Shown here: piece after piece, positions 9,224 to 20,247 of the stretch
How positions within the stretch are numbered: position 1 is the first letter of the stretch
Layout: each line of letters starts with the position of its first letter
Program-made: the position numbers and the translations under genes
Source of the DNA: Dehalococcoidia bacterium
Lineage (GTDB): Bacteria > Chloroflexota > Dehalococcoidia > UBA2979
Assembly: GCA_964291495.2 (NCBI GenBank)
Contig: OZ219867.1
Coordinates: 32,001-96,000, forward strand
Direction: 5' to 3'
DNA: 64,000 nucleotides
The notes under the pieces: model-generated
The model's database searches: none
What the model was told of the DNA's origin: nothing
Seen by the model: the letters and a program-made list of their open reading frames with translations, nothing else

Positions 9224-9478
9224 CCCCTCTCCCCGAGGGACATTCGCGAAACTCCCGCAAGCCCGGTCCGGCCCCCTCTCCCTGGGGAGAGGGCGGGGGT
9301 GAGGGGGAAGACTCCCGCACGCCTCCGAACGCCCCGATGGCGCAACGCGATCCCGGAGGGCGGATCCTCCCTCACCCTGACCCTCTCCCTCGGGGAGAGG
9401 GGACCGGAAGGGGTGCGCTCGCTTCCCCGAGGAGAGGGTTTCACAAAGGTGTCCCGAGGGAGAGGGTTGGGGTAAGGG
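9224..9478. repeat. Cluster of BoxC-like palindromic repeats (CCCTCACCCnnnCCCTCTCCC...GGGAGAGGG) with nested MITE-like element
   Basis: Units at 9272-9307 and 9369-9402, plus one split unit (9224-9237 + 9455-9478); imperfect inverted ends at 9238-9252 and 9438-9454. Confidence 0.75.
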
Positions 9479-9486
9479 CCTCGCCC

Positions 9487-10821
9487 CTACAGCCCGAGCA
9501 GCCGACCGAGGCCGCCCGCGCCCTTGCCCGAGGTCATCGCGACCATCAGCTTCTTCGCCTCGCGGTACTGGTTGAGCAGGCGGTTCACGTCCGCGGGCTG
9601 CTTGCCGGAGCCGGCGGCGATGCGGCGGCGGCGCGAGCCATCGATGATCTCGGGGTGGCGGCGCTCGGACGGGGTCATCGAGAAGATGATCGCCTCGTTG
9701 TGCTTCCAGAACTCCTCGCCCACGTCAGGGATGGCGAGCTGCTGCTTCATCTGCCCGGCCCCGGGCAGCATGTCGAGCAGGCCCGAGATCGGGCCCATCT
9801 GCTGCATCTGCTGCAGCTGCGTCAGGAAGTCCTCGAGGTCGAACTCGCCGCGCTGCATGCGCCGCGCGACCTCCTTCGCGTCGCGCTCGCCGATCGTCTC
9901 CTTCGCCTTCTCGACCAGCGAGACCACGTCGCCCATGCCGAGAATCCGCGAGGCGAAGCGGTCGGGGTGGAAGGCCTCCAGCGCCTCGAGGCGCTCGCCG
10001 GTGGTAAGGAACTTGATCGGCAGCCCGGTCACCTGGCGCACGGAGAGCACGGCCCCGCCGCGCGTGTCCGAGTCGACCTTGGTGACGACGATGCCGGTGC
10101 CCTCGACGGCGTCGTCGAAGTCGCGCGCGAGGGTGACCGCCTCCTGGCCGGTCATCGCGTCGACGACGATCAGCACCTCGGTCGGGTCGATCTCGTCGGC
10201 GAGGTCGGCCAGCTCGTCGGCGAACTCGTCGTCGAGGGCGACCGCGCCGCGGGTGTCGACGACGACGGCGCTCGCGCCCGAGCGCCGCGCCTCGGCGAGC
10301 GCGCGCTTGCCGATCTCCGGTGCGGGGGCCTCGGTCTCCTCGGCGTAGACGGGGACGCCGATCTGGTCGCCGAGGACGCGTAGCTGCTCGGAGGCGGCGG
10401 CGCGTTGGAAGTCGGTGGCGACGAGCAGGGGTTGCAGGCCGTCCTTCTGGAGGTGCAGGGCGAGGCGGGCGGCGAGCGTCGTCTTGCCCGAGCCCTGGAC
10501 ACCGCAGATGAGGATCTTGGTCGGCCCGCGCTGGGCGCGCAGCAGCGGCTCGTTGCCGCCTCCGAGGAGCTCGACCAGCTCGTCGTTGACGGCGCCGATC
10601 ACCTGCTGGCCGGGGGTGATCGACTGCAGCAGCTCGGCGCCGGAGGTGCGTTCGCGGACGTGGGCGACGAAGTCGCGCACGACCTGGAAGTTGACGTCGG
10701 CCTCGAGCAGCGCGATGCGCACCTCGCGCAACGCCGTATCGAGGTCGTCCTCGGTGATCCGCCCGCGGCTGCCGAGGCGGCCAAACGTGGCCTGCAGCCG
10801 TTCGCTCAGTGTTTCCAGCAT
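9487..10821 (-). CDS. ffh: Signal recognition particle protein Ffh
   Basis: ALLEADVN, GVQGSGKTT, DAMTGQEA, FHPDRFASRILGMGD, M-domain SRRRRIAAGSG. Confidence 0.97.
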   Translation of the reverse strand: MLETLSERLQATFGRLGSRGRITEDDLDTALREVRIALLEADVNFQVVRDFVAHVRERTSGAELLQSITPGQQVIGAVNDELVELLGGGNEPLLRAQRGPTKILICGVQGSGKTTLAARLALHLQKDGLQPLLVATDFQRAAASEQLRVLGDQIGVPVYAEETEAPAPEIGKRALAEARRSGASAVVVDTRGAVALDDEFADELADLADEIDPTEVLIVVDAMTGQEAVTLARDFDDAVEGTGIVVTKVDSDTRGGAVLSVRQVTGLPIKFLTTGERLEALEAFHPDRFASRILGMGDVVSLVEKAKETIGERDAKEVARRMQRGEFDLEDFLTQLQQMQQMGPISGLLDMLPGAGQMKQQLAIPDVGEEFWKHNEAIIFSMTPSERRHPEIIDGSRRRRIAAGSGKQPADVNRLLNQYREAKKLMVAMTSGKGAGGLGRLLGL

Positions 10822-10848
10822 TGTTGGGAGTGTAGCAGTGGGGTCGGT

Positions 10849-11562
10849 CTAATCCGGGTCTATACGATCGAGAATGCGATGGAGGAGGCTTGCTAGCGCA
10901 AGGCAGTCCAACGAGTACGCTGGGTCGTGGTCTGGTTCCCAGTCGTCCTCGTGGCTACGCGGGTTGCGTTGCGAGAGTACAGAGCCTGCGAACAGGTGCG
11001 TGGCACCCTCCTGCTCGTCGACTTCCGACACGGTTGACCGTGGGTTGACCGCGAGCGGAGGGTCGTCTCCGCCGAAGGCGGCGAACATGACGCCTGCGTC
11101 GTCCTTCCTCGTCCCCGCGAGCTTCCGCACACGATTGTTGACCGATTGGAATGCCTTCCGGACTGCCTCAGTCCGGTGACCGCCGAGGAAGAGACTCCTC
11201 GAGCCGCTGACCACGCGGTGGTGGAGCCCCCTGGCGTCGAAGGCGGAGCGCGGTGTCTCAGAGCGCGTCGGAGGCTCCGTCGGCGCTTGACGTTCTGGAG
11301 TCCGACTGGAGGGCTCGCGCTCGGCTGCCTTCAGCGGCCAGCGGGCCCCCCGAGCCCGCAGGACAGCCACCCGCTCCATCTGGTCGCCGCTCAGGTGTTC
11401 ACGCAGGTCGATGCCCAAGTCATGGGCAATGACCCATCGCGCCTCGTTGCCCGTCATAGGACCGTGCGCCTGATTGAGCTCCCGTGCCCAACGCGAGAGC
11501 GTCGAATCCGACTTACCAGTCTTGGCCTTCAGTGCCTCCAACAGCGACGAGTTGAGGGCCAT
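10849..11562 (-). CDS. TIGR02391 (Ymh-like, HEPN-type) domain protein with uncharacterised N-terminal helical domain
   Basis: C-terminal LHHRVV...LFLGGH..EAVRKAF...SEVDEQEG..HLFAG....RNPRSHE pattern; RxxxxH motif. Confidence 0.75.
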   Translation of the reverse strand: MALNSSLLEALKAKTGKSDSTLSRWARELNQAHGPMTGNEARWVIAHDLGIDLREHLSGDQMERVAVLRARGARWPLKAAEREPSSRTPERQAPTEPPTRSETPRSAFDARGLHHRVVSGSRSLFLGGHRTEAVRKAFQSVNNRVRKLAGTRKDDAGVMFAAFGGDDPPLAVNPRSTVSEVDEQEGATHLFAGSVLSQRNPRSHEDDWEPDHDPAYSLDCLALASLLHRILDRIDPD

Positions 11563-11570
11563 GAGGCCAT

Positions 11571-11885
11571 TTAGCCGATCAGCCCGGTCAACTCGTACCT
11601 TGTGCTAGGACCACTACCAAGTCGGCGGGCTACCCCCAGTTCTTCGAGGTACGCAAGCCTAGCCTGTACGGTACGGTGGCTGACCTTAGTCGTACCTGCC
11701 ACGACATTGGAGATCGCGCGAGCCGAGAGAGGCTCCGCACTCTCGCTTAGCGCCTCCATGACTGCCCCAGATGCCTCGTCCTCGTGCAGTTCTGTCGCCA
11801 AGTCGGTTAGGGCCCCGCGGTGCGCGGCTCGTAAGATCGCAGTCTGCATCCGAACTTCGCGGAGCAGTTGTTCCTCGATGCCCAT
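11571..11885 (-). CDS. Small winged-helix DNA-binding protein
   Basis: LSARAIS...VSHRTVQARLAYLEELGVARRLGSGPSTRYEL wHTH pattern; tightly coupled to neighbours. Confidence 0.7.
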   Translation of the reverse strand: MGIEEQLLREVRMQTAILRAAHRGALTDLATELHEDEASGAVMEALSESAEPLSARAISNVVAGTTKVSHRTVQARLAYLEELGVARRLGSGPSTRYELTGLIG

Positions 11886-11888
11886 CTA

Positions 11889-12176
11889 TCAGTCCTCCAG
11901 GCAGCGCCGGTAGCGGCCGTTGTCGAGCTTGCGGATCAGTCCCCGCTGCGCGAGTTGCTTAGTGTGCTGACCGACCGCTTGGCGGGTAATCCCAAGTTCC
12001 TGCGCCATGGCGGCAAGCGTCTTGTCGCCGTCAGCCATCTCCCACACGCGCTTCCGGTTGGAGTCTCCGAGCACTTCGTCTCTAGTGCGTACTATGTCCT
12101 CGTGATGCACAAGCCGGTACATCGCAGCGAGGTCATAGAGTGGCCCAAGGTCGAGTTCAGCGTTAGTGGCGGCCAC
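11889..12176 (-). CDS. Small winged-helix (ArsR/MarR-like) protein
   Basis: DGDKTLAAMAQELGITRQAVGQHTKQLAQRGLI; GAGGAG RBS. Confidence 0.78.
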   Translation of the reverse strand: MAATNAELDLGPLYDLAAMYRLVHHEDIVRTRDEVLGDSNRKRVWEMADGDKTLAAMAQELGITRQAVGQHTKQLAQRGLIRKLDNGRYRRCLED

Positions 12177-12208
12177 GATGTCTCCTCGTTCTGCTTGAAG
12201 GCGGCGGC

Positions 12209-12237
12209 TTGACGGGCCTTACCTCCAGCACTAAAGT
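12209..12237 (+). promoter_or_regulatory. sigma70-type promoter
   Basis: TTGACG-17 nt-TAAAGT upstream of the 12285 gene. Confidence 0.55.
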
Positions 12238-12284
12238 TCGCGCACAGGTCTTAGCAGGATAGCATAACGTTGGGGGTGACGGCG

Positions 12285-12515
12285 ATGGATGACGAGATCG
12301 CCCGTGAACTAAGGCTCATTCGGGGCTTGCTGGTTGCGCAATTGAGCTACGCACTCCAGCAAGGGGATCAGACTCAGCGCGACGCAATTGCGCTCCTCAG
12401 TAATGCTGGCCTCGAGCCGCGCGAGATCGCTTCGGCTCTTGGCACAACACCAAACAATGTCAGCGTGGCCTTAGTGCAACTTCGGAAGCAGGGGCGCGTT
12501 CGCCCGAAATCGTAG
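12285..12515 (+). CDS. Small HTH protein (sigma70 region 4-like)
   Basis: LSNAGLEPREIASALGTTPNNVSVALVQLRK; divergent from the wHTH-wHTH-HEPN operon. Confidence 0.72.
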   Translation: MDDEIARELRLIRGLLVAQLSYALQQGDQTQRDAIALLSNAGLEPREIASALGTTPNNVSVALVQLRKQGRVRPKS

Positions 12516-12519
12516 CCCC

Positions 12520-13548
12520 CTACTCCAACCCCCGCTCCGCGAGGAGGGCGCAGAGGTCGGCGAGGCGGCACGAGTAGCCGTACTCGTTGTCGTACCAGGC
12601 CATCGTCTTCGCCATCCGGCCGCCGTCCACCACCATCGTCGCCGGCAGGTCGAAGATCGAGGATCCGGGGTGGCTCTTGAAGTCGGTCGAGACCAGCTCC
12701 TGGCGCTCGGCGTAGAGGATGCCCTTCATCGGACCGTCCGCCGCCGCCTCGAAGGCCGCGTTGATCTCCTCCGCCGAGGCCGACGTCACGAGGTCCGTCG
12801 CGAGGTCCACCACGGAGACGGTCGGCGTCGGCACGCGGTAGGCGATGCCGGTCAGCTTGCCCGTCAGCTCGGGGACGATCTGCGCCACCGCTCCCGCCGC
12901 GCCCGTCGAGGTCGGGACGATGTTGAGGCCGGCCGCCCGCGCGCGCCGCAGGTCGCTGTGCTTCGAGTCGACGAGGTTCTGGTCGCGCGTGTAGGCGTGG
13001 ATCGTCGTCATCAGCCCGCGCTCGATGCCGAACGCGTCGTGCAGCACCTTGACCACCGGCACCACGCAGTTCGTCGTGCACGATCCGGCGCTGATCACGT
13101 GGTGGCGCGCCGGGTCGTACTCGTCCTGGTTGACGCCGAGGATGACCATCCAGTCCTCGTCCTTGCCCGGCGCCGAGATGATCACCTTGCGCACCGAGTC
13201 GCCCAGGTGCTGGCCCGCCGTCTCGCGACTGCGGAACGCGCCCGTCGATTCGACGACGACGTCGACGCCGACGGCGCCCCAGTTGATCGCCGCGGGGTCG
13301 TCCTCCTCGAAGACGTGCACGTCGTGACCCTCGATGCTGAAGCAGCCCTCGCCGTCGCTGACCTCGGCCGGGAAGCGGCCGTAGTCCGAGTCGTAGCGCA
13401 GCAGGTGCGTATGCATCTCGACGGGGGTGCGGCCGTTGATGGCGACGACGTCGAAGGTGTCGCGGTGGCGCTCCCACCAGGCGCGCATGAACTGGCGCCC
13501 GGTCCGTCCGAAGCCGTTGATGCCGACTCGGAGCTTCGAGGTGGTCAT
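12520..13548 (-). CDS. gap: Type I glyceraldehyde-3-phosphate dehydrogenase
   Basis: GINGFGR, SCTTNC, RVPTPTVS, WYDNEYGY. Confidence 0.97.
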   Translation of the reverse strand: MTTSKLRVGINGFGRTGRQFMRAWWERHRDTFDVVAINGRTPVEMHTHLLRYDSDYGRFPAEVSDGEGCFSIEGHDVHVFEEDDPAAINWGAVGVDVVVESTGAFRSRETAGQHLGDSVRKVIISAPGKDEDWMVILGVNQDEYDPARHHVISAGSCTTNCVVPVVKVLHDAFGIERGLMTTIHAYTRDQNLVDSKHSDLRRARAAGLNIVPTSTGAAGAVAQIVPELTGKLTGIAYRVPTPTVSVVDLATDLVTSASAEEINAAFEAAADGPMKGILYAERQELVSTDFKSHPGSSIFDLPATMVVDGGRMAKTMAWYDNEYGYSCRLADLCALLAERGLE

Positions 13549-13653
13549 GCGGTCATCCTCTCGCGGTCCGGGGAGAGGGGAGCGACGGCCTCGCCTCGAT
13601 TCTACCGCCTCGGCCCGTTGCCGCGAGGGCGGGCGGCTGCCGATCGAGACGAA

Positions 13654-14550
13654 TCAGAGCAGGATTCGCTTCGGCGCGTCGCCGGGGCGACGGCGGAAGC
13701 TGTCGATCAGGTGCCTGCGCCGGCCCTCGGCGTCCGTGTTCTCCTCGAGGCGGCAGCGGTCGCCGTCCGCGAGCAGGGCCTCCGAGGCGCGGACGTGGGC
13801 GACGGTCTCGTCGCGCAGCTCCTGCGCGGCGGGGAAGTGATCGCGGGCGTGCAGCGCGAGGTGCAGCTGGCTCGCGTCGACCTGCACCAGCCAGCCGAGC
13901 AGCAGCTGCGCCCAGCCGAGGTGGAACGCCTCGTCGGCGAAGACGAGCGGGTAGCGCTGGCGTCCGGCGTCCGCCGCGCTGAACAGCGCCGTCGGGCCGA
14001 AGTTGGGTCTCCCGAGGTCGCCCGCGGCGCGGTAGATCGGGCGCAGCGCCTCGTCGCGGGCGATCGCCTCGCCGCCGAAGAAGTGGCCGAGGCCGACCTC
14101 CTCGGCGCGCGCCTCCTCGTTGCGTTCATAGGCGGCGACGGCCCACTCCGCGAAGGCGTCGGGCTCCTCGTGCAGCGCGGCCTGCGCGGCGACCTGCTCG
14201 ATCGCCTGGCGGATCAGCGGCGCGGCGCTCTGATAGGCGCCGCGGCGCACGAGCGAGGCGGCGTCCGAGGCGCTCAGCAGTGCGCGGCTCCAGAGGCTCG
14301 CGAGCGCTGCCATCGCCATCGTGCGCGCCCGCGGCGTGTAGCCGCTGGCCGCGACACGCACCTGCAGGTCGAACCCCGCCTCGAGGCTGCGCAGCTCCTC
14401 GCCGAGCAGGAAGCCGCTCTGCCGCCAGGCGTCGGTGGCCGCCGCCGACAGACCGTCGGGCTTGCCGGGCAGCGTCCAGCCCTCGGGCACGCGCATCCCG
14501 GACACCCGCTGTGGCGGGTCGAGTGCGCGCATGTCGCCGTTGGTGGTCAT
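13654..14550 (-). CDS. Hypothetical protein
   Basis: Coding-like GC3 bias from ATG 14550; no recognised motif. Confidence 0.7.
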   Translation of the reverse strand: MTTNGDMRALDPPQRVSGMRVPEGWTLPGKPDGLSAAATDAWRQSGFLLGEELRSLEAGFDLQVRVAASGYTPRARTMAMAALASLWSRALLSASDAASLVRRGAYQSAAPLIRQAIEQVAAQAALHEEPDAFAEWAVAAYERNEEARAEEVGLGHFFGGEAIARDEALRPIYRAAGDLGRPNFGPTALFSAADAGRQRYPLVFADEAFHLGWAQLLLGWLVQVDASQLHLALHARDHFPAAQELRDETVAHVRASEALLADGDRCRLEENTDAEGRRRHLIDSFRRRPGDAPKRILL

Positions 14551-14655
14551 ACGGGCATTGTGCGGGATCGGCGCGGGACGTGGCAGGCTCGGTCCCCGGT
14601 ACCCATTCGTGCTACGATCCGCCGGCGACCGCTCTCGCACCGGACGGGGCTGCCC

Positions 14656-15042
14656 ATGACGACCGCAGCGGCCGACGCTACTCAGGTCTTCGCCGACGCT
14701 CGCCGGATGCACGAGGCTGCCCTGGAGCGGATGGCGGCGGGCGACATTCGCGACGCGGCGGAGAAGGCGTGGTGCGCCGCCAAACGCGCCACCGACGCGC
14801 TGATCCTCGCGCGCACCGGCGAGGAGCCGCGGCGCTCCACGGACACGGGCGCCGGCCTGCGCGAGATCGCAAGGCGCGACGCGGGTGCTCGCTCCCTGCG
14901 AGCGCGCTACTACGAGCGCCAGGGCGCGCTGCACGGCGAGTGTTTCTACATCGGCTTGTGCGAACCGCTCGATGAGACGGAACTACTGATCCGCGAGACC
15001 GCAGACTACATCGAGGACGCCCGGCGGCTCGCCGGGGTCTGA
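14656..15042 (+). CDS. PaREP1/HEPN-like protein
   Basis: GDIRDAAEKAWCAA...LHGECFY pattern; 3' end of track ORF 12670..15042; TGCTACGAT extended -10 upstream. Confidence 0.75.
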   Translation: MTTAAADATQVFADARRMHEAALERMAAGDIRDAAEKAWCAAKRATDALILARTGEEPRRSTDTGAGLREIARRDAGARSLRARYYERQGALHGECFYIGLCEPLDETELLIRETADYIEDARRLAGV

Positions 15043-15064
15043 ACGAGGCTGATCCGCGAAGTCG

Positions 15065-17336
<2,272 letters not shown>

Positions 17337-17462
17337 AGGCGGTCACGCGTCCTTTCGCCTCCGTCGGGGTTGGTGCAACCGGTCGGCGGCGGCGGGCCGC
17401 GCCAGTATAGGGGATGGAGATCGGCGTGCGCGCACAAGCCGCCGCGAGATCCGCCGTATCTC

Positions 17463-18182
17463 TCACCATGCGGCCTGCTGCGGGAACGCTTCGTCGCCGA
17501 TCAGCGGGACGAAGCGGCAGCCGCCGAGCGAGCGCTGCCGCACCCCTCCGCCGCGCCTGGTGACCACCAGCAACTCCTGTCCCACGCGATCCCCGACCGG
17601 GATCACGAGCCGCCCACGATCGGCGAGCTGCTCGACGAGCCCGGGGGGCACGGAGGGCGCCGCGGCGGTCACGAGGATCGCGTCGAAGGGCGCCTCGGCG
17701 GGCGCGCCCAGCCGCTCGCCGGCGGCGAGGCAGCGCACGTTGCGCAGCCCCACGTGCGCCAGCCTCCGGGCCGCCGCGACCCGCAGGTCCTCGATGCGCT
17801 CGACGGCGACGACCTCAGCGGCGAGGTGCGCCAGCACCGCCGCCTGGTAGCCCGAGCCCGCGCCCACCTCGAGCACGCGCTCGCCGCCGTCGGGCCCGGC
17901 GAGGGCGGCCGCCTCCGTCATCAGGCCGACGATCAGCGGCTGCGAGATGGTCTGCTCGTGGCCGATCGGGAGTGCGCTGTCCTCGTAGGCGAAGCTGCGC
18001 AACTCGGGCGGAACGAACTCGTGGCGGGGCACCGACCGCATCGCGTCCAGCACGCGCCCGTCGCGCACCTCGCGGGCGACGAACGCGACCATCTCCTCGC
18101 GCGCCTCGACGAGCGAGCGCGCGCTCTCGCCGGCCGCGCCGTTGCGCCGGTCGGAGCGCTTGCGCTTGCGGCGGCGGAACAT
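17463..18182 (-). CDS. pcm: Protein-L-isoaspartate O-methyltransferase
   Basis: VPRHEFVP, QTISQP, VLEVGAGSGY, APFDAI, FVPL. Confidence 0.93.
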   Translation of the reverse strand: MFRRRKRKRSDRRNGAAGESARSLVEAREEMVAFVAREVRDGRVLDAMRSVPRHEFVPPELRSFAYEDSALPIGHEQTISQPLIVGLMTEAAALAGPDGGERVLEVGAGSGYQAAVLAHLAAEVVAVERIEDLRVAAARRLAHVGLRNVRCLAAGERLGAPAEAPFDAILVTAAAPSVPPGLVEQLADRGRLVIPVGDRVGQELLVVTRRGGGVRQRSLGGCRFVPLIGDEAFPQQAAW

Positions 18183-18204
18183 CGGTCGGCGATCCCGAGG
18201 TGCG

Positions 18205-20097
18205 CTACAGCGAGCGCTTGACGGTCTCGGCGAGGCGGCGGCTCACGCCCTGCGTGGCCGCGATCTCCTCGATGGAGGCGGCGCGCAGCGCCTTGACCGA
18301 GCCGAACTTGCGCAGCAGCGCGCGCTTGCGCTTCGGCCCGATGCCCGGCACCGCGTCGAGGGCGGACTGGCGCACGCGCTTGCCGCGGACGGTGCGGTGG
18401 TAGGTGACGGCGAAGCGGTGCGCCTCATCGCGCACGCGTTGCAGCAGGTAGAGCGCCTGCGAGGTGCGCGGCAGGCGCACCGGCTCGGCGAGGTCGGCGA
18501 CGTAGATCTCCTCCTCGCGCTTGGCGAGCCCGCAGGCCGGCACGTCGCCGAGCCCGAGGTCGCGCAGCACGTCGAGCGCCGCCCCAAGCTGCCCTCGTCC
18601 GCCGTCGATCACGACGAGGCCGGGCAGCCTGTCCCACGGCGCTTCGGGCGCGTCCGGCTCGTCCGCCGCCGCGGCCTCCTCCGCGCCGTTGGTCTCGTGC
18701 TCCAGGCCGCGGCGCTCCGCGAGGCGCTTGAAGCGGCGCGTCAGCACCTCGCGCATCGACGCGAAGTCGTCCTGGCCCTCGACGCTGCGGATGCGGAAGC
18801 GACGGTACTGGTCGCTGCGCGGGCGGCCATCCTCGAACACCACCATCGAGGCCACCGTGTCGCTGCCCTGGATCGTCGAGATGTCGTAGCACTCGATGCG
18901 CAGCGGGCGCTCCGGCAGATCGAGCTCGTCCTGCAGGGTGGAGAGGGCGGCTGCGGTCTTGTCGCGGTCGGCGAGCCAGCGTACGCGGTGCATCGCGAGC
19001 GCCTCGCGGGCGTTCTCCTCGGCAGTGGCCACGAGGGCGCGCAGCTCGCCGCGCTCCGGCACCGCTAGTTCGACGGCCCCGCCGCGCTTCGCGCGCAGCG
19101 CCTCGCGCAGCTGCTCGCGGTCGGCAGGGGCCTGCGAGAGCAGCACGCTGCGCGGCACGTACGTCGCCGACTCGTAGAACTGCGCGAGGAACGCTCCCAG
19201 CACCTCGCCGTCGCCAGCGTCGGGCGCCTCGCGCGCGCCGTCGAGCATGAACGAGTCGGTGTCGGCGACGACGGTGCCGCGCACGAAGAAGACCTGCACG
19301 CAGGCCTCGTCGTCGCTGCGCGCGAGCGCGAAGACATCGGCGTCGAGGGAGTTGGTGGTGGCCATGCGCTGGCGCTCGGTGACGCGGCGGATCGCCTCGG
19401 CCTGGTCGCGCAGGCGGGCGGCGCGCTCGAACTCAAGCCCGTCCGCGGCCTCGTGCATCTGCTGCTCGACGTGCTTCAGCACGTCGCTACTGCGGCCCTC
19501 GAGGAAGAGCAGCGTCTGGTCGATGACCTCGCGGTACTCCTCGGGCGTGCAGTAGGCGGTGCAGGGCGCGATGCAGCGCTTGATGTAGTAGTCGAGGCAG
19601 GGGCGGGGGTCCGTACCGGTGATCGTCTTGGTGCAGGAGCGCCAGGGGAAGAGCTTCTTCACCACGTCGAGCGTGCGCCGCACCGAGCCCGCCGAGGCGT
19701 ACGGCCCGAAGTAGCGCGCGCCGTCCTGCTCGACGCGGCGGGTGATGGTGACGCGCGGCCAGTCCTCCTGCACATCGACCTTGAGGTAGGGGTAGTGCTT
19801 GTCGTCCTTGAGCCGGACGTTGTAGACGGGCTGGTGGCGCTTGACGAGGGTGGCCTCCAGCAGCAGCGCCTCCGCCTCGTTGCTGGTGACGACGTGGTCG
19901 AGGGTATCGATCTGCTCGACGAGCGCGTGGATGCGGCGCTCCATGCTGCGGCCGGAGCCGAAGTAGGAGCGCACGCGGGAGCGCAGCCGGCGCGCCTTGC
20001 CGATGTAGAGCACCTGCCCGCGGGCGTCCTTCATCAGGTAGACGCCCGGACGCTCCGGAAGCGCCCGAGCCTGCTCGAGGACAGCGGACTCGGTCAT
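18205..20097 (-). CDS. uvrC: Excinuclease ABC subunit C
   Basis: PGVYLMKD..LYIGKA GIY-YIG, IECYDIS, IDGGRGQL, RDEAHRFA, HhH. Confidence 0.97.
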   Translation of the reverse strand: MTESAVLEQARALPERPGVYLMKDARGQVLYIGKARRLRSRVRSYFGSGRSMERRIHALVEQIDTLDHVVTSNEAEALLLEATLVKRHQPVYNVRLKDDKHYPYLKVDVQEDWPRVTITRRVEQDGARYFGPYASAGSVRRTLDVVKKLFPWRSCTKTITGTDPRPCLDYYIKRCIAPCTAYCTPEEYREVIDQTLLFLEGRSSDVLKHVEQQMHEAADGLEFERAARLRDQAEAIRRVTERQRMATTNSLDADVFALARSDDEACVQVFFVRGTVVADTDSFMLDGAREAPDAGDGEVLGAFLAQFYESATYVPRSVLLSQAPADREQLREALRAKRGGAVELAVPERGELRALVATAEENAREALAMHRVRWLADRDKTAAALSTLQDELDLPERPLRIECYDISTIQGSDTVASMVVFEDGRPRSDQYRRFRIRSVEGQDDFASMREVLTRRFKRLAERRGLEHETNGAEEAAAADEPDAPEAPWDRLPGLVVIDGGRGQLGAALDVLRDLGLGDVPACGLAKREEEIYVADLAEPVRLPRTSQALYLLQRVRDEAHRFAVTYHRTVRGKRVRQSALDAVPGIGPKRKRALLRKFGSVKALRAASIEEIAATQGVSRRLAETVKRSL

Positions 20098-20247
20098 GCA
20101 ATCCAGTGTAGCGTCGCGCGCGATCGCCGGGCGGCGGCGGCGCGCTTCGGGCGCCAATCCGCCCCACTTGGGCCCGCCTCGGTTGACCGTCTAGCGCGAA
20201 GTGGCTATGACTATTGTTGGTCGCCCGAGGCGAACGGAGGCGACTCT

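Noticed and set aside
12670-14655. 790-aa ORF 12670..15042
   Set aside because: Antisense to gap and the hypothetical gene; only the last 128 codons (from ATG 14656) look genuine.
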